The notes below the pieces were generated by a model. The model was not told the DNA's origin. It saw only the letters and a list, made by a program, of their open reading frames with translations, and did no database searches. From Candidatus Bathyarchaeia archaeon (GTDB taxonomy: Archaea > Thermoproteota > Bathyarchaeia > Bathyarchaeales > Bathycorpusculaceae), in contig JBEKTQ010000005.1 in assembly GCA_049515895.1 (NCBI GenBank), positions 32,001 to 96,000 of the forward strand: a DNA stretch of 64,000 nucleotides. Reading direction: 5' to 3'. The translations under genes and the position numbers were made by a program. Positions 49,802 to 59,580 of the stretch are shown here, piece by piece; position 1 is the stretch's first letter; every line of letters starts with the position of its first letter.

Positions 49802-50869
49802 TTATGGGGTGTTCGGTGGGTTCTGAGTATAAGTGAAGGGGACTTGTACTGTGCCATTTTCTATTCCCGTGGCAGTATCTGTCAGCAACGTTTTCACTGA
49901 TGTCGGTATTACACTGTCGTAGGCGTGGAAGGGTGCGAGGGAACCCAAGTTCATGTCGATTACTTTGCCGCCGATTTCGCTCCATGTATTACTCTGGAAG
50001 TGCTGAATCACATCCTGCATAAAGGCAGTCGTGTTCAATAGAACACTGGTCATCATATTGTTCGGTGCTAGTGAGACTTGGTCTTCGACTGTACCAACAA
50101 TCGATATGTTTGCTGCAGTGGCTGCTGAAATCACTCCTCTCCCCGTTGCGTCGGCTATCGGCACGATAATATCAACATGGTCGGACTGGATCATCGTCTG
50201 CGCGTCTGTGTAGCCAATGGTTGGGTCAGACCATGTTCCTGGAACTGTGAGGTAAACTTTCGCCGATGGATTCACGCTGTGCACACCTGCCTGGAACCCA
50301 TAGAACTCGAAGGACAGAGCTGCAAACCATTGGCCAATTATGACTCCGACTGCATTGGTTTTTGTCATCTTCCCTGCAAGGACTCCGGCTAGATAGTAAC
50401 CAGTGGCTTGGTATCCTGCTCCAACTGCAACGACGTTCGACGTGATATTATCGCCGTCATAAGTCGGGCTCATAACGAATTTGGTGTTAGGAAATTGCGC
50501 GGCGATCGGTTCTGTGGCCCCAATAAACTGGTTTCCATCTGTCCAGACCATGTTGTAGCCCTCTTGAGCATAGGTAGTTATTACTCTATTCTGGTCAGAA
50601 AAAGCGACATCCCGCGAGATTGAAACATTCCAACCATAAGTGGATTGGATCCACTGTGCAACGGCGACTCCGTTTGCATTCAAACCTAAGTCTGTTTCAT
50701 CGCCACCTAGGACGAGGGCGAGTTTGTATTTCGATGTTGGGGTGGGTGAAGAGGTTGGATGGACGGCGAATATTACTGCGACAATTGCAACTACAATTAT
50801 GACTATTAACACTATAGCTATAACCATCCTTGAGATAGCCTTCCTATTCTTTATGAACATAAAATTCAC
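49802..50869 (-). CDS. BMP family ABC substrate-binding protein (nucleoside/purine type)
   Basis: N-terminal anchor RKA|ISRMVIAIVLIVII (class III-like), GYYLAGVLAGKMTKTN, GTWSDP, SIVGTVEDQ. Confidence 0.88.
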   Translation of the reverse strand: MNFMFIKNRKAISRMVIAIVLIVIIVVAIVAVIFAVHPTSSPTPTSKYKLALVLGGDETDLGLNANGVAVAQWIQSTYGWNVSISRDVAFSDQNRVITTYAQEGYNMVWTDGNQFIGATEPIAAQFPNTKFVMSPTYDGDNITSNVVAVGAGYQATGYYLAGVLAGKMTKTNAVGVIIGQWFAALSFEFYGFQAGVHSVNPSAKVYLTVPGTWSDPTIGYTDAQTMIQSDHVDIIVPIADATGRGVISAATAANISIVGTVEDQVSLAPNNMMTSVLLNTTAFMQDVIQHFQSNTWSEIGGKVIDMNLGSLAPFHAYDSVIPTSVKTLLTDTATGIENGTVQVPFTYTQNPPNTP

Positions 50870-50894
50870 TCAATCAAGTATTCGCTGCTAGTGC

Positions 50895-50908
50895 TATTTA
50901 TAATTTTT
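50895..50908 (-). promoter_or_regulatory. Internal BRE/TATA promoter for the BMP gene
   Basis: Minus strand reads AAAAATTATAAATA about 25 nt upstream of the start. Confidence 0.55.
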
Positions 50909-50965
50909 CAGGACGCTTTGTATCCAAGAGTAGAAGACCAAAAAGGTGTTGACTTGATCATCCCA

Positions 50966-51922
50966 CTACTTGCGCTTATAAGGAATAGTGAGGGACGATG
51001 GGGATTTGGTTCCCCGGTGGAAGATTATTATGAAGATGATTGCGAAGATGTATGGTATCGCCAGAAGGAAATACCCTGCCCCCGGTCCAAGACTGGAGAA
51101 AACGCCTGAGCCTATAAAGGTCGCGGCTATTGAGTACCCGAGCCCAAACAGCCAGCTGCCTGCTATTGCCTTGTATGGGCTCCATCCTGCAAAGATCACA
51201 ACGACTATGGCAATCCACCCTCTTCCGGCTACTAGAGTGTCTCCTGCGTTGTAGAGGCCAAGATAACCAAGAACAAGTGATGCCCCCGCGACGCCGGCAA
51301 GGACAGCACCCAGGATTACACACAAGTACCTTACCCGATTGACGTTGATTCCAGCGGCATCAGATGCTTCAGGATTTTCGCCTACGGCCCTGATCTCTAA
51401 GCCCCATGTCGTTTTGTATAGGATAAGTCCAAATACTATGGCGACGGCGAATGAAGCGTACACGAGGATGTTCTGGCTGAATAAGATGGGTCCCACCGCT
51501 GGTAGGTCACTCAGAAATGGAATGTGTACTGGTGGTAGAGGGCGGACCACAGGGAACGAAGTCGCAGTCAGCGTTCGGTAGACGAAATCGGCAATACCGA
51601 TTGATAGGGAGTAAATCAGAAGCCCGGCGATGAGCTGGTTAATTCCTATCTTGACAGCTACAAATGAGTGCAGGACGCCCATGCTAGCGCCAGCAACCAT
51701 CGCGGCCAATAGCCCATAGAGATAGGAGCCGGTTGCAAAAGTGACCCACAGGGAGACGAGGGCCGACAAGCCCATGATGCCCTCTATTCCCATGTTTAGC
51801 ACACCTGATCTCTCAGCGTACACCTCTCCGATTGAAGCAAACAATATAGGCATCGTTAAAGTCAGACTGGAAGCCAGAATCGATATTACAAGATCTCCTA
51901 AAGCTAACATAATCCCATTCAT
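50966..51922 (-). CDS. ABC transporter permease (nucleoside type)
   Basis: ERSGVLNMGIEG, RAVGENPEASDAAGINV, GRGWIA. Confidence 0.92.
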   Translation of the reverse strand: MNGIMLALGDLVISILASSLTLTMPILFASIGEVYAERSGVLNMGIEGIMGLSALVSLWVTFATGSYLYGLLAAMVAGASMGVLHSFVAVKIGINQLIAGLLIYSLSIGIADFVYRTLTATSFPVVRPLPPVHIPFLSDLPAVGPILFSQNILVYASFAVAIVFGLILYKTTWGLEIRAVGENPEASDAAGINVNRVRYLCVILGAVLAGVAGASLVLGYLGLYNAGDTLVAGRGWIAIVVVIFAGWSPYKAIAGSWLFGLGYSIAATFIGSGVFSSLGPGAGYFLLAIPYIFAIIFIIIFHRGTKSPSSLTIPYKRK

Positions 51923-52992
51923 CGCCTCCTATTCTCTCTGTCGCCTAGCCACCTTTGAACAATTAGAACAGATAGCACTATTATAGCCTGTAATACGTAA
52001 ATCAGCTCGATTGGTATCGCTGCAGCGCTACTCTGCAGACTCTCGCCGCCGATTGAAAGTGCAGAGTAAAATACAGAAGCAATTAGTGAGCCCAATGGAT
52101 GAAACGCGCCTAATGCCGCCACAGCGATTCCTTGATAGCCGTACCCAGGGGAGAAGTTCTGCGCGAGCAGGTGCTCGGCACCGTTTACCACGACCATCCC
52201 GGCCAGCCCCGCCATACCCCCGCTAATTAGACCTACCGCGAGTATGCTCCTAGAGATACTGACTCCTCCACTTTTTGCTGCGCGGGGATTCACTCCAGTC
52301 GCCCTGATTTCATATCCTAAAACGGTCTTGTAGAGAACGAAGAAGACCCCAATTGCTACTATAACAGCGATTAGGATTCCAAGGTTAAATCTCGTGCCAG
52401 GGATAAGATCAGGGAGCCAAGTTGACCGCGGCAAGATTGGGGTCTGAAGGTTTCCCGAGTTTGGATCTTTGATTGGTCCCGCGGTAAGCCAGTTAACCAC
52501 GTCCAAAGCGACGAAGTTCATGACAAGCGTTGGGAATATTTCGTTTACCTGGAGCTTGATTCTCATTAAGAGCGGTAGCGCCAGCCAGAGTATTCCTCCA
52601 CCCGCTGCAGCGATTAGCACTAGTGGAATCGCAGCTACGCTGGGAAAACTTCCAAGTTTGGAACCTACTAAATATGCGAACAAGGCACCTATATAGATCT
52701 GGCCTTCGACACCGATGTTGTAGAATCTGGCCTTGAATGCCACAAGAAATGCAAGTGCAGCCAGCAGTAACGGCGCCATCAGCACGAAGGTCTCCGAAGC
52801 GAGGAACGTTGAACCAAATGATCCCGATACGAGTCCTGCGATACTTGTGATCGGGTTGTACCCGAAAGTCAAAAGGATGACAGAAAACACAGCAAGCGAG
52901 GCGGCTATTCCAATCAGGTAGGAAAGATACCTCCTCAAGTATGCAGCTACTCTAAGCAAGTAGGAAAGATACTTCCCTAGAGACAACTGCAT
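51919..52992 (-). CDS. ABC transporter permease (nucleoside type)
   Basis: FYNIGVEGQ, GYEIRATGVNPRAA, GYGYQGIAVA. Confidence 0.92.
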   Translation of the reverse strand: MQLSLGKYLSYLLRVAAYLRRYLSYLIGIAASLAVFSVILLTFGYNPITSIAGLVSGSFGSTFLASETFVLMAPLLLAALAFLVAFKARFYNIGVEGQIYIGALFAYLVGSKLGSFPSVAAIPLVLIAAAGGGILWLALPLLMRIKLQVNEIFPTLVMNFVALDVVNWLTAGPIKDPNSGNLQTPILPRSTWLPDLIPGTRFNLGILIAVIVAIGVFFVLYKTVLGYEIRATGVNPRAAKSGGVSISRSILAVGLISGGMAGLAGMVVVNGAEHLLAQNFSPGYGYQGIAVAALGAFHPLGSLIASVFYSALSIGGESLQSSAAAIPIELIYVLQAIIVLSVLIVQRWLGDRENRRR

Positions 52993-53019
52993 TGTGGCAC
53001 GTCCAGTAAATCTGACTGG

Positions 53020-54279
53020 TTAAGTGTATTCAGCCGCAAAAGATGCCACTGCTTTTTTGAAGGCTTCCATAGGGGCATTTGCGATGCCTGTACCTATGAT
53101 GCCGTGGCCGCCATCCTTGTGCGCGATTCCTGTATCTATTCTAGGCACGGTGTTCATCTCCACCACCTTGCGGATATCAATACCGACCGGGACCCCCACA
53201 AAATCCATGTACGGAATCCGAAAGAGGGGGTCTTCCATTATCGAAACCTTCCGCATAATCCTTGTGTGCTGCACCGCCTCTTGGAGTGCACCTCCGAACA
53301 ATCTTGCCTGGGATGGAGACGCCGAGAGCGCCGTTCCGCCGAAACCCCTCGATTCTGAGATAGCGCTGTCACCTATGTCCGGAGCTCCGTCGGCGGCTGT
53401 GAATCCTGGAAATAGGAAACCCTTAATCTCTCCTGCAGGACCGGTAAACCATCTGTCGCCTAAGGCGCTAACCTTGATGCCAAACTCAACCCCGTTTCTT
53501 GACATTGCAGTCACTACAGTGCTGTATTTTATCCCCTTGGCTGCGTCCATCATCACTTTGCAACCGCCCATCATAAGGTTGCCACAGAACCATCGACCTC
53601 CGTTTCCCATGAAATAGTCCCCGACCGCACCGAGTGTCTCCTTCGGAAAATCTGTCCTTACGATATGAGGAAGAATCCAATTCATGAACACTCCTCGAGT
53701 AGCATCAAACGACCCGTGGAGTTCGTCGCCCATTTGCAGTCCCTTGGCCAAAAGCTCCTTCACATTGAATCCGCCAGCATGCTTGATGGTGGCAGCCAAT
53801 ACAGGGGCAAGAGTTTCTCTCACAAACTTAACTTCCTTAATTCCCCTTTCATAAAGATCCCCGAACGAGGTCATGTCGGTCTGCATCCAGTTGGTGGAAG
53901 TATTACCGTGAACCTTATCATCGAAGACAAAGACAGGACTTGAGGCAGAAGTGACACCGCACATACCGCTCACGTTACCATAATTATGGTTAGACTCCAC
54001 ACGTACTTCCTGTCTCCTGACCAACTTTTCAGCTTGTTCAGCAGTGTCAGCAAGTCCCTCTGATCTTATCGCATTAATCACCGCTATCTTCTGGACCTTA
54101 ATCATCTTTTCCCATGATATCGGTGGTCCGGCATGAGTGATCAAATTGTCATTGAAGCCGGGAATGGCCCTTCGCGCTGGCTTCATATCCACCAGCGTAG
54201 GCTCAGCAGAAATAATATTATCTACAGCCTTTCTGTTCGCCTCATCAATCTCAGACGCAATCATCTTCAATTCCTTCAT
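53020..54279 (-). CDS. DUF1116 protein (YlbE/AllG/YahG family)
   Basis: IDEANRKAV, HAGPPI, LQMGDELH, MSRNGVEFGI, PDIGDSAISE, IDTGIAHK. Confidence 0.88.
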   Translation of the reverse strand: MKELKMIASEIDEANRKAVDNIISAEPTLVDMKPARRAIPGFNDNLITHAGPPISWEKMIKVQKIAVINAIRSEGLADTAEQAEKLVRRQEVRVESNHNYGNVSGMCGVTSASSPVFVFDDKVHGNTSTNWMQTDMTSFGDLYERGIKEVKFVRETLAPVLAATIKHAGGFNVKELLAKGLQMGDELHGSFDATRGVFMNWILPHIVRTDFPKETLGAVGDYFMGNGGRWFCGNLMMGGCKVMMDAAKGIKYSTVVTAMSRNGVEFGIKVSALGDRWFTGPAGEIKGFLFPGFTAADGAPDIGDSAISESRGFGGTALSASPSQARLFGGALQEAVQHTRIMRKVSIMEDPLFRIPYMDFVGVPVGIDIRKVVEMNTVPRIDTGIAHKDGGHGIIGTGIANAPMEAFKKAVASFAAEYT

Positions 54280-54300
54280 TCGAAATCTATGCGTAGAAGC

Positions 54301-54312
54301 TGTATAAATAAC
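54301..54312 (-). promoter_or_regulatory. TATA box of the DUF1116 operon
   Basis: Minus strand TTATTTATACA about 24 nt upstream of the ATG at 54279, suggesting a leaderless transcript. Confidence 0.55.
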
Positions 54313-54727
54313 GCACGCTGTTACTAAAGCAAGATGTGAATTTCACAAAACTTGGCAAGATATCAGTTGCAAGACCATTTAAATGCTAACATGGCCTGCT
54401 AACACAGCTATGCTGAGAAAATGCTGGCATAGATTCCCGTAGTTGCTCTGTTTATTTTGTTTCTTATGAATACAACTTTGCACTTGATTAAGTCCAATAG
54501 CTGAGAGTTTCTCCAGAAACTCAAAGATGCCAATTACGCGCAAATCTAGAGAATATAGGCTGGTGGGGAAATGCTGAACGACAAGTGTAGCTTCGAGATC
54601 CTAATCTCCTTGTTCATTTAATTCTACGCAACAATTTTTCATTGCTGACAAATACCTTGAAATTATGAAATAAAATCGTGACAATCCTGCGTTGCGTCCT
54701 TCTCCAATTTAACCTCAAAAAACCAAA

Positions 54728-55192
54728 CTAGAACTGTTGCAAAATATCCCTCTTCTCCAAAAGGTTACTACAGTAATGGCATTTCATGACCAGAGGGGCT
54801 TCATTCACAACATAGAATTTTGTGCACAGAGGCTCATTACTGTTGGTGATGCACATAGGATTGATACACTTAATGATGTTCTCAATGACATGAGGTAAGG
54901 TTACTTCCACTTTTTCCACAACCGCATAATTCCGGATTATATTAATGGTAGCATGAGGCGCAATCAAGGCAATCTTGTTGACTTCTTGGGAATCAAGTGA
55001 ACGCCCTTCAATCTTTATTATGTCTTTTACCTTTAAGCGCTTGCTCGGAACATTGATTGCGATTGACATAATCCCTTTCTCCCGTCCAGTAATCCCCAAC
55101 ATCTTGATAACTTCCAAAGCGTAGCCTCCTCTAATATGATCGATGACAGTTCCATCTTTGATCTTCGAAACCCGCACTTCGTAGTCGCTCAT
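54728..55192 (-). CDS. pyrI: Aspartate carbamoyltransferase regulatory subunit
   Basis: VSKIKDGTVIDHI, KDIIKIE, IALIAPHATINII, CINPMC...CHYC zinc site. ATG at 55192. Confidence 0.93.
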   Translation of the reverse strand: MSDYEVRVSKIKDGTVIDHIRGGYALEVIKMLGITGREKGIMSIAINVPSKRLKVKDIIKIEGRSLDSQEVNKIALIAPHATINIIRNYAVVEKVEVTLPHVIENIIKCINPMCITNSNEPLCTKFYVVNEAPLVMKCHYCSNLLEKRDILQQF

Positions 55193-55572
55193 TCTAAAAC
55201 ATCTCCTTCGTTGATTCTTGACATTGCCTGTCTTCAGGTCCAATTCTGATATACTGAGTGTGACGAGGGTATTTAGACCCATCGTGTATATCTGTTGTGA
55301 AAAATTCACCAGTAAATTAACACAAAAGTGTACTTATAAAAACAATATTCAGCCATAGTAGTAAATGAGAACAGCGTAAATTCATGCGTTTGAGGTTTGA
55401 ACGCGGTTTAAACGACGGTGAGTAGCTAGCCGTAGCCTTTTTTCCTTATTCTGAGCTTTGAGACAAATAGGCTAACAGCAGGTTTTCAAATACTCTTGCG
55501 CCTAAGACTAATATGCTATGATAGACTTACGTTTCAGTTAGAGACAAAACAATTTTCGCGAGTGAAAATAAA

Positions 55573-56138
55573 ATGAAAATGGACCTTGGAGCAAAAAACT
55601 GTTTGTATCCGATGCCAACCACATTGGTGGAGCCTTGGTGAATGGAAACCCGAATTATACCACCATAGCTCATGTTGGCATAATGGATTTTGAATCGGTT
55701 TCGTTAGGAATGAACAAGCTTCACTATACCAACATAGGCATAAAAGCAAACAAGACCTTCAGCATCAACATTCCCTCAACAAAAATGGTTAAAGAAACCG
55801 ACTATTGCGGTTTAGTATCAGGAAAAGACAAAAACAAGGCGGGCATATTCAAGACGTTTTATGGAAAACTCAAAAGTGCTCCAATGATCGAACAATGCAG
55901 CATCAACATGGAATGCGAACTCACAAAAACTGTCGATTTTCCAAATCACGACATATTCATAGGCAAAATAGTAGCCACACACTGCGACGATACTGTTCTT
56001 ACCGACGGAGCAGTAGATTTTACAAAAGTGCAACCAATCTTGTTTGTTATGAATGACCGAAGTTATTGGACTCTTGGCAAAAGAATCGCCAAAGCCTGGG
56101 ACATAGGAAAGGAATTCGCAAAAGAGATATCTTGCTAA
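55573..56138 (+). pseudogene. Flavin reductase (DIM6/NTAB) family protein with a frameshift near the 5' end
   Basis: MKMDLGAKNCLYPMPTTLV (from 55573) joins GALVNGNPNY...SAPMIEQC..NMEC...HDIFIGKI only via a 1-nt frameshift at about 55628. Confidence 0.8.
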
Positions 56139-56282
56139 CACAAACAAAAGCTCAATTTGAGCAGATTATTTAACGAAACATCGTCGGCCAAACCGGAATA
56201 TAAAGGGCAAAACATTCTCTGTCAATTTTAGCTCTAAAAAAATGAAATGTGAATTTAATAGTCAGGCATTCTTGCTCTTTCT

Positions 56283-56702
56283 CTACTTCCATTCCCAGAT
56301 AGCAACATCGAATTCCATCCAGGAAGGATCACCTTCTAAGGTGACCAAGGCAACTGCAGTGTTCATCCAAGCCAGCTTAGGAGACATAGACATGAAACTC
56401 CAGACTCCAACGCTCTTGCTCTTGCCCATTTCGACTTTGCCGACACCAGAACCCTTAACGACTGCCATGTCGCCGCTCATGAAATTAAGCATTCCTGTTC
56501 CCATGCTTTCGCCAACTCCGCTAGGTGCCATCATAGTTTTTCCCGTGAAAATGATAGAACCATCCCATCCTTTGGCTTTTCCCATGCCCATAAGCTGCGC
56601 CATCCAAGTAGCCTCAATGGTGACACCGCCCGCGTCTGCGCCCTTAATTGCCATCATCGTACTTTTTGCTTTACCTTCCCACAGTTTTTCGCCAATCGCC
56701 AT
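56283..56702 (-). CDS. Conserved-looking hypothetical beta-rich protein
   Basis: 139 aa, Gly/Met rich, ends in WEWK. GGAGGTG RBS. Confidence 0.8.
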   Translation of the reverse strand: MAIGEKLWEGKAKSTMMAIKGADAGGVTIEATWMAQLMGMGKAKGWDGSIIFTGKTMMAPSGVGESMGTGMLNFMSGDMAVVKGSGVGKVEMGKSKSVGVWSFMSMSPKLAWMNTAVALVTLEGDPSWMEFDVAIWEWK

Positions 56703-57024
56703 TTTACATTCACCTCCAAAAAAAATTCAGCAAAATACTAGAAAACTCGTATCCATTTATCGCTATGTGGCAGTCGTGCAACAATCACAACGGCTTAAAT
56801 TGTCTATTCTCAGAAAGGGCCACAAAGAGCCTCGCACCGTTCGGGTAATCCCTGTCCGATTTTCCTCGTCTCCAAATTTATGTGCGAACGCCGTTTCAAA
56901 TAGTCAGGCACTAGTTCGTCGAAATACCCCAAATTGTTGTTGTTAGTTGCAGCCGCGAAATTTCTTGTAGAGTCCAGCCAAAAAGAGGCTAAACCTACTA
57001 GCTTTCGCAACATACGAGTCTATT

Positions 57025-58107
57025 CTAGCCTGATGAAAGCCAGTTAACTGTAAATCCTGAGCCGTCAGGGGAAAGGTCAGAGACGTCGGCTAGCTGCACG
57101 GAAGAGCCGCCCGAAGTCGCCGAGGAATACATATCTGTTGCTTCCCAGGGGAAGCTCCCTATATCGCCACTAGCTGACCCAACAGTCGCATTACAACCCG
57201 TAAAAGTTACGTTTCCGAAATCCGTCAACTGAGAAATGGCATGGTTAACAGTGGGTCTTTCAACTATCCACTCTGCTGTCAACTGGCTGGAATTGTAGGT
57301 GACAGTTGTCTGGAACGATCGTGTTGTTGTCGTATCAGTTAAGTTGATGACCCATTGACTGGTTGTTACGTTTGCAAGCTGGATTGAAGCCTGAATTTGG
57401 TCTCCTGGCGAAATGAACATGAAAGGAATGGTGGTTGCTGGATTTGGCAAAAGCTCATACCACGCATAGTATAATGCGTTTCCAAACCTTGAATCTTGCT
57501 CAGTTCCACATTGGATCAGTGAGCTGTCATTATTGAACTGCCCGCCAATGCCTATCCAGGTGGCTGAATACGTATTGTTCGTGGAAGTTGTAACTGTAGG
57601 AACCACCCATGACGCGTTGACGCCAGTCACGGAGGGTTGAGGATTTTGTAGGTCAGAGGAGATTACGTACCCTGTCCAGTTTATGGCCGCAGTTGCATTT
57701 GTAGGAGGCGTGGGTGTTGGCGTCGGTGTTGGAGTTGCCGTGGGTGTTGGAGACGAAGTCGGTTGAGGAGATGGAGTCGGTGTGGGAGTCGGATTCGATG
57801 TGGGCGTTGGAGTTGGTGAGGGGGTTGGTGTGGGGTTTGGCGTAGGTGAAGGCATAGGCGCCAGAGTTGGGGTTGGCAGAGGTGCCTGCGTCGGCGTTGG
57901 AGAAGCAGTGGGCGTGGGAGTTGGAGTTGGTAAAGGGGGGAATGTTGGTGTCGGCGTCGGGTTTGCCGTAGCCAGAGGCGTCGGTGAAGGTTGATCGTTC
58001 CTTTTCACAAATGTGGATTGTAACGTTGCGTATGCTCCCAAGGCGACAGCAACTGCAATCACGATTAGTAAAATGGCAAGAACATTGACTACAGTTTTCT
58101 CTTTCAC
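57025..58107 (-). CDS. G1 family glutamic endopeptidase with membrane anchor and Pro/Thr linker
   Basis: NWTGY, ASWVVP, WIGIGG, LIQCGTEQD (catalytic Q), AWYELLP, TAEWIVERP (catalytic E). Confidence 0.88.
   Translation of the reverse strand: MKEKTVVNVLAILLIVIAVAVALGAYATLQSTFVKRNDQPSPTPLATANPTPTPTFPPLPTPTPTPTASPTPTQAPLPTPTLAPMPSPTPNPTPTPSPTPTPTSNPTPTPTPSPQPTSSPTPTATPTPTPTPTPPTNATAAINWTGYVISSDLQNPQPSVTGVNASWVVPTVTTSTNNTYSATWIGIGGQFNNDSSLIQCGTEQDSRFGNALYYAWYELLPNPATTIPFMFISPGDQIQASIQLANVTTSQWVINLTDTTTTRSFQTTVTYNSSQLTAEWIVERPTVNHAISQLTDFGNVTFTGCNATVGSASGDIGSFPWEATDMYSSATSGGSSVQLADVSDLSPDGSGFTVNWLSSG
57705..57990 (-). repeat. Pro-Thr dipeptide repeat linker
   Basis: About 95 aa of (PT)n/(PS)n, with degenerate 6-bp periodicity in the DNA. 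Confidence 0.9.
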
Positions 58108-58584
58108 TTTGCAAGCCTCAGATTTATCTCATGTTTTTTCAAACAGCGAAATTCAACGATTAAGAGGGGCGATATTTGCCTGAATATTCCTGAAATGTTG
58201 CCATCCACTTTCCTGCCAAAGGTATTTCTGCTAAGTCTCCACCGCGCTTTTTTTAAAGCAGTAAGAGATTTCGTTAACCATTCGTCAAGCTGTTAATGAT
58301 TAATCTTGGAAGGATTTAATCTTGATGTGGAATTTTTCCTTAATGCTTCCACGAAAGGCGTCGAGGGATTATTGTCCTTAAATGTTGCATTATGCAACTG
58401 ATGGATCCTTGGTAGTGCCTGCATTTCCATGTTCAATAGATCCCCTTTCAGGTCAATTTAGTGGCACTTAAATTGGAGGCTGCTATTTCTGGAAAGACGA
58501 TTTTGAAATGGTTCGGTATTGATTTTGAAAAAAAGCTTTATACTACAAAGTTGTTAGGAGTCTAATTCGGATGAAGGGAGTTTC

Positions 58585-59580
58585 ATGGGGAAAAGGATGG
58601 TTTACTTCTGTATCGCAGTGTTACTGTTGTCTTTAGGTTTGACTGCGGTCCCGAAAACGTTTAGTCAAACACAAGACATCAAAGTCATAAACTACAGCTG
58701 GTATATTGACCCCGAGGGTTATCTAGACGTAGTTGGTCTTGTCCAGAATGTGGGTCCTAACACGATTTCATCCATTGCCTTAACTGGAACAATTGTCGGT
58801 CCTGGCCAAGCGGATGTAGCAGATTCAGGCACCCAAGTCTGGGTGTCAGATTTATTGCCGAAACAGGAAGCACCCTTTTATATGGAATTTATTTCTCCTC
58901 GCACTAGCTCGCAGACCTCTTGGTATGAAGTTGTCCAAGCCGGAGAACTAGCCAGTATTCTCCTCACCCCTGCTTCAGCTAACGCGACAAGCAGCTACCA
59001 ATACCAAGGCCTAACCATAACAAGCTCCAAACCATCGATAGGCACAACTGCAGGATACACAGGCGCCTACGTGGTCAACGGCGTAATAAAAAATACAGGC
59101 GACCAGACGGCTACAAATTTAACGGTTGTCGGAGCCTTTTTCAACTCAACAGGATCAGTGGTCGGGGTAGGATTCACAACTTACCTTGATCCCAGAGCTT
59201 TAGTTGCAGGCAACACAACAACCTTCCAAATCGCCGCCTTGGACTTGAACCAGTCGGTTGTCCCAGCCGCCTTGCAGATTAAAAGTTATCAATTACTAGT
59301 CCAGACGCAAGGGCCGATTCTTCAGGGAACAGCACCCATAGCTTCTCCCCAAGCCACAGGAACCACAGGACCAACTGACAACCCAAGCTCAACACCATCT
59401 TCATCTTCACATGCAAAATCCGACATTACATCTATTTTCCCGATAGTCCTTGCATTAGTAATAGCAGTAATTGTTATAGCAGCAGCAATAGTTGTAGTCA
59501 AACAGATAATGAGTAGGAATCCAAGATCTCATACAACAGTAAAGGAAGCGAGAAGAGCGAAGAAGCAAAAAGCCCGCTAA
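58585..59580 (+). CDS. Secreted, C-terminally anchored FxLYD-like (Ig-fold) protein
   Basis: Signal peptide, two V.G.V/I.N.G repeats (LDVVGLVQNVG, VVNGVIKNTG, AFFNSTG), S/T linker, C-terminal TM plus basic tail. Confidence 0.75.
   Translation: MGKRMVYFCIAVLLLSLGLTAVPKTFSQTQDIKVINYSWYIDPEGYLDVVGLVQNVGPNTISSIALTGTIVGPGQADVADSGTQVWVSDLLPKQEAPFYMEFISPRTSSQTSWYEVVQAGELASILLTPASANATSSYQYQGLTITSSKPSIGTTAGYTGAYVVNGVIKNTGDQTATNLTVVGAFFNSTGSVVGVGFTTYLDPRALVAGNTTTFQIAALDLNQSVVPAALQIKSYQLLVQTQGPILQGTAPIASPQATGTTGPTDNPSSTPSSSSHAKSDITSIFPIVLALVIAVIVIAAAIVVVKQIMSRNPRSHTTVKEARRAKKQKAR

Noticed and set aside
53024-53617. 197-aa + strand ORF, and similar antisense ORFs such as 56242-56946 and those inside rpoA/rpoB
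   Set aside because: Shadow ORFs opposite well-supported genes, with no recognisable motifs.
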